Source: an uncultured Candidatus Saccharibacteria bacterium (GTDB lineage Bacteria; Patescibacteriota; Minisyncoccia; Portnoybacterales; UBA2143). Taken from it: 44,093 nucleotides of DNA. Of this stretch, positions 7,682 through 16,648 are shown piece after piece. How positions within the stretch are numbered: position 1 is the stretch's first letter; each line of letters begins with the position of its first letter. The stretch covers positions 1-44,093 of the forward strand of contig CAZMCO010000004.1 of NCBI GenBank assembly GCA_964565215.1. Reading direction: 5' to 3'. Position numbers and translations under genes: made by a program. The notes below the pieces were generated by a model. That model was given only the letters and a program-made list of their open reading frames with translations, ran no database searches and was not told where the DNA came from.

Positions 7682-8320
7682 ATGGAAAATCGAGACAAGA
7701 CAGTTCAATCAGATCTTTTAAAACAAAATTCGGAAAATTTACCAACAGGCGGTCCGCGATTTGGTTTAGAAGATAAAGGTGGCTGGGGTAAAAAGATTAG
7801 AGGATGGATTAACAAATATGGCAGTTCAGTTATTTTACCAATTATCGCTCTCTTGATTTTAGCTGGTGGTATTTATCTCTATACTAGCCAAAAGAATCAG
7901 CCAGAATCAATTCTGCCTACTGAAGAAGAAATGACAGCCGGTCTTGAAGGAAAAATAACTGGACAAGAAAAAATAATTAGTCAAGCTGAAGAAGAAGTTA
8001 TTGAAGAAATAATTCCCGAAGGACGCAAGCAAGAAGGAACAATTATAGAAAAAGCAGTTAAAGGAGACGGAGTCACTCACTTGGCCCGCCGAGCTCTTAA
8101 AGATTATCTTAAAGACAATCCCCAGGAATTAACTAACGAACATAAAATTTATATTGAGGATTATCTTAAAGACGAAGTCGGTTCAAGAACATTAACAGTT
8201 GATCAAGAAATCGCCTTTTCCGAAGATTTAATTAAAGAAGCTATAGATGCTTCTCTACAATTAACTCCCGAACAACTAAAGAATCTTGAAAAATATAGCG
8301 CTTTAGTTGTTTCTTGGTGA
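7682..8320 (+). CDS. Single-TM membrane protein with acidic linker and LysM-like C-terminal domain
   Basis: TM VILPIIALLILAGGIYLY; AVKGDGVTHLARRAL resembles the LysM start; SD AAGGAG spacing favours ATG 7682 over 7673. Confidence 0.7.
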   Translation: MENRDKTVQSDLLKQNSENLPTGGPRFGLEDKGGWGKKIRGWINKYGSSVILPIIALLILAGGIYLYTSQKNQPESILPTEEEMTAGLEGKITGQEKIISQAEEEVIEEIIPEGRKQEGTIIEKAVKGDGVTHLARRALKDYLKDNPQELTNEHKIYIEDYLKDEVGSRTLTVDQEIAFSEDLIKEAIDASLQLTPEQLKNLEKYSALVVSW

Positions 8321-8352
8321 AAATAGTTCTTTCCCTCCAAATTAATTAAAAT

Positions 8353-8390
8353 CACAAAAGCCCTTACTAATGAAAGTAAGGGCTTTTGTG
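8353..8390. terminator. Bidirectional intrinsic terminator
   Basis: Perfect 16-bp inverted repeat CACAAAAGCCCTTACT/AGTAAGGGCTTTTGTG with 6-nt loop between convergent genes. Confidence 0.85.
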
Positions 8391-8498
8391 TATGATTTTT
8401 AAGGTAAATCTTAACATTTCTTAGAGCTATTGATTGAGTCAGACCCAATCAGAGACAATAAGTAATGTTCCTGCTTATTAATACAACTAATAAACAGT
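8353..8498 (-). ncRNA. Candidate small RNA (~145 nt)
   Basis: Promoter TTGACA-17-TATAGT (8533-8505); interrupted hairpin 8413-8469; ends at terminator 8353-8390. Confidence 0.35.
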
Positions 8499-8538
8499 AT
8501 CTATACTATATACCCTATTGAATAATTTGTCAAGGGTT

Positions 8539-9846
8539 TTACTTAAAATACTGTTGTTGGAAATTGGCGGCTAATTTAATTACATAATCAGTCACCTTGC
8601 TGTAAACCCAGCGCTGCCAGCGGCTGCCGCCTAAATATTTAGCATAAGCCTGGCGCTCACCTATTTCAGTCCGTTGATTAGCTCCCCCGGCAGCTAACTT
8701 GATAGCGGCCGCGGTAAAAGCATCTCGATGACTCCAGGGACTGGGAGGATTGTGACCAGTTAAAGCAGCTGCTCTATCTCTATAAGCCAACCAGGTGGTC
8801 GGCATAAATTGAGCTATGCCCATGGCCCCGCCGCAACCATACCAGGGCTCGGCGGAAACCGGCTGGCTATCTGGATTTAAACCTAATTCCTGACAAATTT
8901 GGAAAAAGGCATTTTTCTCTTTTTCAGCTCTGGTTATATAACCCAAGCTTCTATAACAGTTATACATATCTTCTCGCCAATTACCAGTTCCCACATTCAA
9001 GCCTAAACGGGATTCCGCTTCTAAAACACCTAAGAGAAAAGCTGGTCTGACGCCTGTCTGCGAACCAGCAAAAATAGCATCTTGAATGGCTTCTTCTAGG
9101 GTTATCTGATATCTCTCTAGTAAAGAAAGCTGTTCTCTAATAAAAGTAATATCCTTTTCAACGCTCTTGACCATTTGCTGATAACGCTGCTCTTCTCCTT
9201 TAGTTTTATCAAGTAAATCTTCTTTTTGCCATTGTTTACCTTCAACAGCTCTGCTTTGAATTAACTGAAGAGATTTTAAGCGGTATTGCTCTTCCCTTTC
9301 TTCTTCTAATTCACCTTTCTGTTCTTCTAATTTATTTTTTAATCCTTGAATAGCTTCTAAAATGCTATGAATTTCTTCTTGAACGCTTTCTAAGGCCTTA
9401 ATTTCATCAAAAAAATCAGAGAATTTTTCATTTTTTAAAATAACTTCTAAAAGTGTTTCTTGGTCGTAAAAAGCAACGGTCCGAATATATTCAGCTAAAA
9501 GGTCTTTCTTTTGGTCTATTCTTTCCTCTAAATCGTTGATTTGATCGTCTATCTCTTGAATATTTAAAGTACTCTTTTGAATAACCAAATCTATTTGTTT
9601 TATTTCCAAACGAAACTGATCAATTTGGTCTTCTAAAATTTGTATTTCATTTTTAAGGGTCCTGGCATTTTGCTGATTTTCTACAATTCTATTCTGATAT
9701 TGATTAATTTCTTCTTGTTTTTGTCTGATTTGATTCTCTAAATCCTGCCGCAGTTCATCAACATCAGCTGCCTGACCAACTAAAGGGAAGATTAAAACAA
9801 TTAGTAGAAAAATAATTAAAGGGCAAATTTGAGTCAGTTTACTCAT
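8539..9846 (-). CDS. Secreted coiled-coil (PcsB/CwlO-like) protein with C-terminal lytic transglycosylase domain
   Basis: Signal peptide, long heptad region, LEAES catalytic Glu, GAMGIAQFMPTTW SLT motif. Confidence 0.88.
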   Translation of the reverse strand: MSKLTQICPLIIFLLIVLIFPLVGQAADVDELRQDLENQIRQKQEEINQYQNRIVENQQNARTLKNEIQILEDQIDQFRLEIKQIDLVIQKSTLNIQEIDDQINDLEERIDQKKDLLAEYIRTVAFYDQETLLEVILKNEKFSDFFDEIKALESVQEEIHSILEAIQGLKNKLEEQKGELEEEREEQYRLKSLQLIQSRAVEGKQWQKEDLLDKTKGEEQRYQQMVKSVEKDITFIREQLSLLERYQITLEEAIQDAIFAGSQTGVRPAFLLGVLEAESRLGLNVGTGNWREDMYNCYRSLGYITRAEKEKNAFFQICQELGLNPDSQPVSAEPWYGCGGAMGIAQFMPTTWLAYRDRAAALTGHNPPSPWSHRDAFTAAAIKLAAGGANQRTEIGERQAYAKYLGGSRWQRWVYSKVTDYVIKLAANFQQQYFK

Positions 9847-10531
9847 CTTCTTTTTTAGTTTCCTCTTTTATTGGTTCAGCCGGTTCTTCAATCGCTTCTG
9901 CCTTGGCTTTTTCCTCTACCTCAACCTTAACTTCTTCTATTTTTTCTTCGGGAGCTTCTTCCAACTTTTCTAATTCGGCTTTAGTTCGCGGCGGGATAAC
10001 TGAAGCAATTACCTCCTCTGGTTGGGCCTCTATTTTAACCTGGGAAGGCAGTTTCAAATTTTTAATATAAATATTATCATCAAATGTTTTTAGAGAAGAG
10101 ATATCTACTTGAATCTCGTGAGGCAGGTCTTGAGGCAAGGCCTCCACTTCCAAGGACTGGATATTTTTAACTAAAACACCTTCTTTTTCTTTAACAGCGG
10201 CTGACTGACCAGTAAAAATTAAAGGCACTTCTACTTTAATAGTTTCGTCCATCTTAACTTGATAAAAGTCAATATGGATAGGTTCATCACTGACTGGATC
10301 TCTAGCCACATCATGAATTAGAACTACTCTCTCTTTCCCGTCTATTTTTAATTTAATCAGAGTGCTTTCACCGACCTCTTGATATGTTTTCTCAAAATCT
10401 CGTCTTTCAACTAACAAAGCTAAATTTTTGACTTTATGGCCATATAAAATAGCCGGAATAAAACCTTGTTTCCGGATTCGTTTATTATGATGACCTGTCT
10501 CTGACCGCAATTTACTTGATAGTTCTAACAT
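9839..10531 (-). CDS. rplY: 50S ribosomal protein bL25/Ctc
   Basis: RKQGFIPAILYG, HIDFY, VEVPL, LPQDLP; acidic tail. Confidence 0.96.
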   Translation of the reverse strand: MLELSSKLRSETGHHNKRIRKQGFIPAILYGHKVKNLALLVERRDFEKTYQEVGESTLIKLKIDGKERVVLIHDVARDPVSDEPIHIDFYQVKMDETIKVEVPLIFTGQSAAVKEKEGVLVKNIQSLEVEALPQDLPHEIQVDISSLKTFDDNIYIKNLKLPSQVKIEAQPEEVIASVIPPRTKAELEKLEEAPEEKIEEVKVEVEEKAKAEAIEEPAEPIKEETKKEDE

Positions 10532-10540
10532 AACCTTTCT

Positions 10541-10569
10541 ATTCTAAGCAAAAAATCATCCTGGGTCAA
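10541..10569 (-). promoter_or_regulatory. Promoter for rplY (near-leaderless)
   Basis: TTGACC-17-TAGAAT, 9 nt before ATG. Confidence 0.6.
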
Positions 10570-10573
10570 CCCT

Positions 10574-10759
10574 CTATTTGATTCCGATGGCCTGGACTGG
10601 GCAAATATCAGCTGCTTCTTGAGCACATTTCTCATCTGTTTCTTCTCCCCCTTCTTTAAGATAGGCTTTGCCATTATCATCTAATTCAAAAACATCTGGA
10701 CAAACGGCTGTACAGCTGCCGCAGCCAATACATTTTTCTTTATCTATATTTATTTTCAT
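10574..10759 (-). CDS. Monocluster ferredoxin
   Basis: CIGCGSC..CP and AADICPVQAI. Confidence 0.93.
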   Translation of the reverse strand: MKINIDKEKCIGCGSCTAVCPDVFELDDNGKAYLKEGGEETDEKCAQEAADICPVQAIGIK

Positions 10760-10760
10760 G

Positions 10761-11507
10761 TTATTTAAAAATTATCTCCTTTATTTTTTGAGTAATTTCC
10801 AAGGGATTTTCTTTTTGCCAAACATTACGACCAACCGCCACCCCGATGGCTCCAGCGGCCATAATATTTTTAATTACTTCTAAAAACTCTTCATCAGAAA
10901 CTTTTGGCCCGCCAGATAAGACTACCTTTGTTTTACCAGCTGCTTTAACTGCTTTAGCAAAACACTCTTGAGAACCGCAGTACTTTATTTTAACTATATC
11001 AGCCCCCAATTCTAAACCAACTCGGGCCGCGTAAGCAGTAATTTCCGGCGAATTATCGTCTTTAATTGCTTTACCTCGTGGATACATCCAACCAATAACA
11101 GATAAGTTATGCTGGTCAGCTTTTTCTTCAATCTGACCAAATTCTTTTAACATAGCTGCCTCATGTTGACTGCCTAAATAAATAGTATAACCGACTGCCG
11201 AAGCGCCTAATTCAACTGCTTCAGTTACTGAACAAACTTGGCTTGACATTGGTTCACCACCAACTAATCTGGTCTTGCCATTTAATTTTACTATTAAAGA
11301 AATTTTATCTCGATAAGCAGGATAGTATTTTTCAGCTACCCCTTTTTGTAAAACAATAGCGTTATAGCCGCCTTTGACGGCCATATCTAAAATATAATTA
11401 GGGTCAATGCTTTTCCCCTTTAAATCAATTGGCCCATGTTCAATACCATGATCATAAGCTAAATAAATCGCTTTGCCACCAGTGGTAATTTTTGAAAGTT
11501 TTGTCAT
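10761..11507 (-). CDS. fbaB: Class I fructose-bisphosphate aldolase (DhnA/archaeal type)
   Basis: AYDHGIEHGP, WMYPRG, ELGADIVKIKY (Schiff-base Lys), SGG, AVGRNVWQ. Confidence 0.92.
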   Translation of the reverse strand: MTKLSKITTGGKAIYLAYDHGIEHGPIDLKGKSIDPNYILDMAVKGGYNAIVLQKGVAEKYYPAYRDKISLIVKLNGKTRLVGGEPMSSQVCSVTEAVELGASAVGYTIYLGSQHEAAMLKEFGQIEEKADQHNLSVIGWMYPRGKAIKDDNSPEITAYAARVGLELGADIVKIKYCGSQECFAKAVKAAGKTKVVLSGGPKVSDEEFLEVIKNIMAAGAIGVAVGRNVWQKENPLEITQKIKEIIFK

Positions 11508-12769
11508 AAAGTTACATATCCTTTATCTAAATTCTCCATCATTAATTTGTTAATTGCCCCCTCGCCCATATATTCACTAAAAACTTTATTCCACAATGCC
11601 TCTTGTTGATGATAAAGGTATTTGGACTGAAAACCAGCTTGGCGAAGTAAGGAAATACCATTATCAAATAAATCAAAACTGATTAAAGTTTCTTTTTTTG
11701 AATTAGAAGGAAAATATTCACCAATTACATCTAAATCTCCCCAGAAATTTAATCCTAAATTTGGAAAACGTCGGGCAAATTTCTGAATGGCTAAAACAAC
11801 TTTAGTATAATGCCAGGCCTCGGGGCTGATGTGCGGCTCGGCTAGACGAGGATCATTAGGATTATTTTTGGCTAAATATTTAGCTACAATCCGCCAGCTC
11901 ATTTTTTCCTTATCAGGCAATGGCTCTTTTCCTACTTCTACCCTCAAGGCATTAATCATCTTTTTAGTAAAATTTTTCTCTTGACTATACATTTTAAAAA
12001 GCTGGGCATGCCAATCAGTTTCGTAGGTATAATGCAAGGTCATAAAGAAAAGATAAATTATTTCACCGGGACGCTGCTGGGTAATAGGAATAACAAAAAC
12101 AATTCCCAATTCCTTTAAATGGCTCATATGATGAAGCTTGGCGCCTAAAAATTTCTGACCAATGCCGGCCCACTTTTCAGGAAGAACAACTACTTTAACT
12201 TCTCTTTTTTCAAAATCTTCTTTTTTAAAATCCTGGTAAGGTTTAAAAAAAACATCATTAAGCCATCGGCTATCTTCAACAAATCTCAAGGCGCAAAAAA
12301 TTTCAAAGATATCTTCTTGGTCAAGCATTTTATCTATATCATTGCCGTAACCCAAGCTTTCCATAATTTTTTGAGGAGGATTTAATTTAAGTAATTCTTT
12401 GGCTTTGGCTTCTTTGAGATAAAAACCAGCCAAATGACCGGTCAATTCTTTAGTTGCATTAATTAAACTTCGATAACCAACCGCTGTGGAAAGATCCGGC
12501 TGATGAAAATGCTTAAAAAGAACTTGATCTGTTTCTTTTACTTTTTTAATTAAGGCGTTATAGATCTCTTCTGCTTTAACATTAAAAAAACCTTTTTTTA
12601 AGCCAAAGCCAAATTCTACTAATCTTTCTCTAACTTTATGTTCATTTTCCCGGACAATCTTTTCAATTACCCCTTTCTTATGGCTAATTTCTTCCATTTT
12701 CTTCTCCAAGTTCAAAACCACCCTCTCCGAAGTTCTTAATAATTTAGCTAATTTAGCTGTTGATTCCAT
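11504..12769 (-). CDS. Hypothetical soluble protein (421 aa) in the sugar-phosphate operon
   Basis: Long ORF overlapping both neighbours; ATG 12769 (MESTAK) preferred over 12796; motifs ALRFVE, HHMSHLKELG, LHYTYE; no known family recognised. Confidence 0.85.
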   Translation of the reverse strand: MESTAKLAKLLRTSERVVLNLEKKMEEISHKKGVIEKIVRENEHKVRERLVEFGFGLKKGFFNVKAEEIYNALIKKVKETDQVLFKHFHQPDLSTAVGYRSLINATKELTGHLAGFYLKEAKAKELLKLNPPQKIMESLGYGNDIDKMLDQEDIFEIFCALRFVEDSRWLNDVFFKPYQDFKKEDFEKREVKVVVLPEKWAGIGQKFLGAKLHHMSHLKELGIVFVIPITQQRPGEIIYLFFMTLHYTYETDWHAQLFKMYSQEKNFTKKMINALRVEVGKEPLPDKEKMSWRIVAKYLAKNNPNDPRLAEPHISPEAWHYTKVVLAIQKFARRFPNLGLNFWGDLDVIGEYFPSNSKKETLISFDLFDNGISLLRQAGFQSKYLYHQQEALWNKVFSEYMGEGAINKLMMENLDKGYVTL

Positions 12770-13734
12770 ATTTTTACCTTTTTCCACTCCCCCCACTCAC
12801 CTTTTTTCAAAAGCCCGTTAGTCGCTCCCATCTTTTGTAAACAAGCCGTAGCATTGGCGGTGCCCAATTGAATGGCCTGAGTAATATCTTCTTTAACAAG
12901 CCAACCAGCGACAAAACCAGCCCCAAAAGCATCGCCAGCTCCAGTCCGATCAACCAAACCAGATTTAGGAATACCGGCTGAATATAATTGATGACCGTCA
13001 GAAACAGTTACTCCCTTAGGTCCCTTGGTCATCACGACAATACCATCAACCCAGTCATCTAATTTCTGGAAGATTTCTTTTTCTTTTTGAAAGTCCAAAT
13101 CAGTCAAGCGAGCTGCTTCTTCTTGATTAAGAATTAAAATATCCATTTTATTCAAGCCAGAACGCAAAGTTTCCAATCCTTCGTTTAATTGAGTTTTTCC
13201 CGGATTAACTGCTAATTTAATTTTATTGGCAGCGGCAAAATTAATCAGCGGTTCAAAAACTTTATAACTCTCTCCTGACAAAGAAGCAATATAAAACCAG
13301 TTTGCTTTAAGTTTTTCAAAGTCAATATCTTCTAAAGTGAGTTGATGACAGGCCCCTAACTTTTCTAAAATACTCCGACCAACATCAGGCAGCGAAAGAA
13401 TAACCGAAAAGGCAGTTGGCTGTTCAGCCGATTCTTTTAATAGGTCTGTTGAGACATTTTGTTGAGTCAGTTCTTTTTTAACCTCTTGGCCAAAGGCATC
13501 TTGGCCAATAATGCCAAAATAAGCTGCTTTTAGTCCTTGACGAGTAAAAGTTACGGCCGTATTGGTACCACAGCCGCCCATGGCAAAAAACACATTATCC
13601 ATGTGCATTTTTGAACCTAAAGCAAGGCAAAGTCCTTTTTTAGTAATAAATTTTTCATCCTCAACTACTTTCAGCTGGCGACTGCTCATGAAAACATCTT
13701 GAGTCGCCGAACCAAAAGTGATGATATCGTACAT
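12748..13734 (-). CDS. PfkB/ribokinase family carbohydrate kinase
   Basis: GGCGTNTA, GQDAFG, NPG, NQEEA, DRTGAGDAFGAG. Confidence 0.93.
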   Translation of the reverse strand: MYDIITFGSATQDVFMSSRQLKVVEDEKFITKKGLCLALGSKMHMDNVFFAMGGCGTNTAVTFTRQGLKAAYFGIIGQDAFGQEVKKELTQQNVSTDLLKESAEQPTAFSVILSLPDVGRSILEKLGACHQLTLEDIDFEKLKANWFYIASLSGESYKVFEPLINFAAANKIKLAVNPGKTQLNEGLETLRSGLNKMDILILNQEEAARLTDLDFQKEKEIFQKLDDWVDGIVVMTKGPKGVTVSDGHQLYSAGIPKSGLVDRTGAGDAFGAGFVAGWLVKEDITQAIQLGTANATACLQKMGATNGLLKKGEWGEWKKVKIWNQQLN

Positions 13735-13739
13735 AGATA

Positions 13740-14732
13740 TTAGATGGATTTTCTCTTTAGAACCTTCTTAATTGCTTCTTTAATATCTTCAGCCAGTAAA
13801 TGAAATTCCTTCATTAGTTCTTCTGGCTCCCCGGACTCGCCCCAGCGGTCTTGGATACCAATCATTTCTACAGGGACTGGGCAATTTTTAGACAAGACTT
13901 CGCAAACCGCTGAACCCATACCGCCCATTATTTGATGATCTTCAGCCGTAACCATTGCTCCAGTTTTTTCGGCCGCTTCAATAATTGTTTCATTATCAAT
14001 AGGTTTAACAGTATGATTATTAATTACTCCCACAGAAAGACCCTTTTCTTCTTCTAAGTCATGAGCGGCTAATAAAGCTTCGTGGACAGTCGGCCCGCAG
14101 GCAATAATAGTTGCATCAGCTCCTTTTCGGAAAACTTCCGCCTGGCCAATTTTAAAAGGAGTTTTTGGAGTAGTAAAAACCGGCGTGGCTTCTCGAGCAA
14201 ATCTTAAATAAACTGGTCCCTTCATCTGACCAGCCGCCATAGTTGCTTTCTTTGTTTCAATCGCATCGCAAGGCGCTAAAACCGTCATATTAGGCAGACA
14301 GCGAGTAATCGCCATGTCCTCTAAACCCTGATGGGTTGCTCCGTCAGCGCCAACGGAAACCCCGGAGTGAGCACCAGTTAATTTAACATTAGCCTTGTTC
14401 TGACCAACACTAATTCTTATTTGGTCCCAATTCCGACCCGGACAAAAAACTGAATAAGTAGAAACAAAAGGAATTTTACCCACCAAAGATAAACCAGTTG
14501 CCAAACCGATCATATTTTGTTCAGCAATGCCCACTTCAATAAACCTATCGGGAAATTCATCGCGAAACATGCCGCTTCGCGTAGAATTAGTTAGATCAGC
14601 GCAAAGAACCACCACCTTAGGATTCTTTTTACCTAATTCAATCAACCCCTGACCATAACCATCTCGGGTCGGCTTCTGTTCTAATTTTTCTTTTTGGTAT
14701 AGATTTTTTTCTAAGTTCATATTTTTATTCAT
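13740..14732 (-). CDS. Transketolase C-terminal subunit
   Basis: EVGIAEQNM, DGATHQ, YLRF, EDH...GGMG; start may be 14738, 14732 or 14720. Confidence 0.95.
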   Translation of the reverse strand: MNKNMNLEKNLYQKEKLEQKPTRDGYGQGLIELGKKNPKVVVLCADLTNSTRSGMFRDEFPDRFIEVGIAEQNMIGLATGLSLVGKIPFVSTYSVFCPGRNWDQIRISVGQNKANVKLTGAHSGVSVGADGATHQGLEDMAITRCLPNMTVLAPCDAIETKKATMAAGQMKGPVYLRFAREATPVFTTPKTPFKIGQAEVFRKGADATIIACGPTVHEALLAAHDLEEEKGLSVGVINNHTVKPIDNETIIEAAEKTGAMVTAEDHQIMGGMGSAVCEVLSKNCPVPVEMIGIQDRWGESGEPEELMKEFHLLAEDIKEAIKKVLKRKSI

Positions 14733-15573
14733 CTTCACTTTTAATTTTTCCTCCTAAAGTCCTTAATTGATCAAGCGCCTCTTTGGCTTCTTCCGACTTA
14801 GGCACTCTACCATGCCAAGAATATTCCCATTCTATAAAATCAACATCTTTACCCGGAATAGTATGAGCAATAATCAAGCTCGGTTTTTCAAAAATTGCCT
14901 TTGATTTATCACAGGCCTCGATAATTTCTCCGATATTATGTCCATCTACTTCTTGAACATGCCAGCCAAAGGCTTCGTATTTATCTTTCAACGGCTCTAA
15001 GGGCATGACATCTTCAGTATAACCGTCAATCTGAATATTATTCCGGTCCATAATCTGGGTCAGATTAAACAACTTATTTTTCCCAGCAAACATGGCCGCC
15101 TCCCACATTTGTCCTTCATTATGTTCGCCATCGCTGGTCAAACACCAAACCCAATTGTCTTTCTTATCAAACTTAGCAAAAGAATAAGCCATCCCGCAGG
15201 CAATTGATAGGCCTTGAGCTAAGGAGCCAGCCGAGGTCTCCATGCAATCAAGATGTAAACGGCTGGGATGTCCTTGCAAACGACTGCCTAATTTCCTTAG
15301 AGTTTTCAATTCTTTTACTGGAAAATAGCCGGCTTGAGCCAAAGTCGCATACCAAACCGGACAAATATGAGCATTAGAAAGAATCACCCGATCTCTTTCT
15401 GGCCAATCGGGCTTCTTAGGATTATATTTAACTATATCGCCAAAATAAAGAGCCGTAAAAACATCAGCCATACCCAAAGAGCCAGCTGAATGGCCTGATT
15501 TGGCCTCAAGTAGCATTTGGATAAGATTTTGGCGAATGGCGTTAGCTGTTTCTTTTAAATTTTTTACTTTCAT
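14725..15573 (-). CDS. Transketolase N-terminal subunit
   Basis: SGHSAGSLG, RDRVILSNAH, LQGHP, SDGE..EG TPP motif, DGHN. Confidence 0.95.
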   Translation of the reverse strand: MKVKNLKETANAIRQNLIQMLLEAKSGHSAGSLGMADVFTALYFGDIVKYNPKKPDWPERDRVILSNAHICPVWYATLAQAGYFPVKELKTLRKLGSRLQGHPSRLHLDCMETSAGSLAQGLSIACGMAYSFAKFDKKDNWVWCLTSDGEHNEGQMWEAAMFAGKNKLFNLTQIMDRNNIQIDGYTEDVMPLEPLKDKYEAFGWHVQEVDGHNIGEIIEACDKSKAIFEKPSLIIAHTIPGKDVDFIEWEYSWHGRVPKSEEAKEALDQLRTLGGKIKSEDE

Positions 15574-16205
15574 ATTTTTTTCCCTCTTAATTTTTTAATT
15601 GTTTCTTCAATATTATCATTTTCAAAAATAGCGCTGCCGCTGGCTAAAAGATTAGCCCCGGCCTGAATAACTTGAGGAGCCGTCTCTGGATTTATACCGC
15701 CATCTACTTCTATATTAACATTTTTATACTTAGTTCGCAAATCTTTAATTTTAACTAAAGTTTCTTCTAAAAACTTTTGGCCGCCGCGACCCGGCTGAAC
15801 CGTCATCACCAAAACTAAATCAAGCTGCTCAATAAAATCATCAACTACTTCTATTGACGTCTCTGGATTAATGGCTAAACCGACTGCTAAGCCGGCTTTT
15901 TTAATTCTTCCAATAACTTCTTTTGGCTGGTTAGTTGATTCAAAATGGATAATAATTCTTTTAACACCTGAGGCAATCCAATCATCAATATTTTCTTCGG
16001 GATTTTGAATCATTAAATGGGCTTCTAAATTTAAATTAGTTTCTAAGTTTTTTAAATCAGCTGGCTTGTTCCAGGTAGAGTTCTCCACAAATTGGCCATC
16101 CATCACATCCAACTGGACCCACTTAACATAGGTCTCTACTTTTTTAATTTTTTCTTGCAGCTCCTGAAAATCTTTAGCAATGATAGTTGGAATAATTTCA
16201 ATCAT
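15570..16205 (-). CDS. rpe: Ribulose-phosphate 3-epimerase
   Basis: DVMDGQFV, HLM, MTVQPGRGGQ, EVDGG, GSAIF. Confidence 0.96.
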   Translation of the reverse strand: MIEIIPTIIAKDFQELQEKIKKVETYVKWVQLDVMDGQFVENSTWNKPADLKNLETNLNLEAHLMIQNPEENIDDWIASGVKRIIIHFESTNQPKEVIGRIKKAGLAVGLAINPETSIEVVDDFIEQLDLVLVMTVQPGRGGQKFLEETLVKIKDLRTKYKNVNIEVDGGINPETAPQVIQAGANLLASGSAIFENDNIEETIKKLRGKKI

Positions 16206-16648
16206 GAGTTTGCCTTATCTAAGTCACTAATCTTTTCCAACCTTCTAACATGCCTTTCTTCTTGAGTAAACTCTGTCTCCAGCCAAATCCGGACAAGTTT
16301 CTTAGCTGTTTCTAAATCTGTCACTTTGCCACCTAAGCACAGAATATTACTGTCATTATGCTGACGTGATTGCAGGGCAGTAAAATTATCCCAACAAACA
16401 GCCGCCCGAATGCCTTTGATTTTATTAGCCACCATAGCCATACCTAAACCAGTCGCACAGATTAAAATTCCCTGTTCATTTGTTTGGGCTACTTTTTTAG
16501 CTACAGCTAAAGCAAAATCCGGGTAATCATCCTTGGGATCTAATTCTTGATTACCTAAATCCTCATACTGATAATCTAATTCTTTCAGATACTTCTTTAT
16601 TTCTTCTTTTAAATGCCAACCAGCATGGTCAGCCCCTAAGTAAATCAT
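16202..16648 (-). CDS. rpiB: Ribose-5-phosphate isomerase B
   Basis: GADHAG, DYPD, ICATGLGM, ANKIKGIRA, HNDSN, RHVRR. Confidence 0.96.
   Translation of the reverse strand: MIYLGADHAGWHLKEEIKKYLKELDYQYEDLGNQELDPKDDYPDFALAVAKKVAQTNEQGILICATGLGMAMVANKIKGIRAAVCWDNFTALQSRQHNDSNILCLGGKVTDLETAKKLVRIWLETEFTQEERHVRRLEKISDLDKANS

Noticed and set aside
8203-8448. 81-aa minus-strand ORF
   Set aside because: TTG start inside a hairpin, runs through a strong terminator and overlaps the convergent gene
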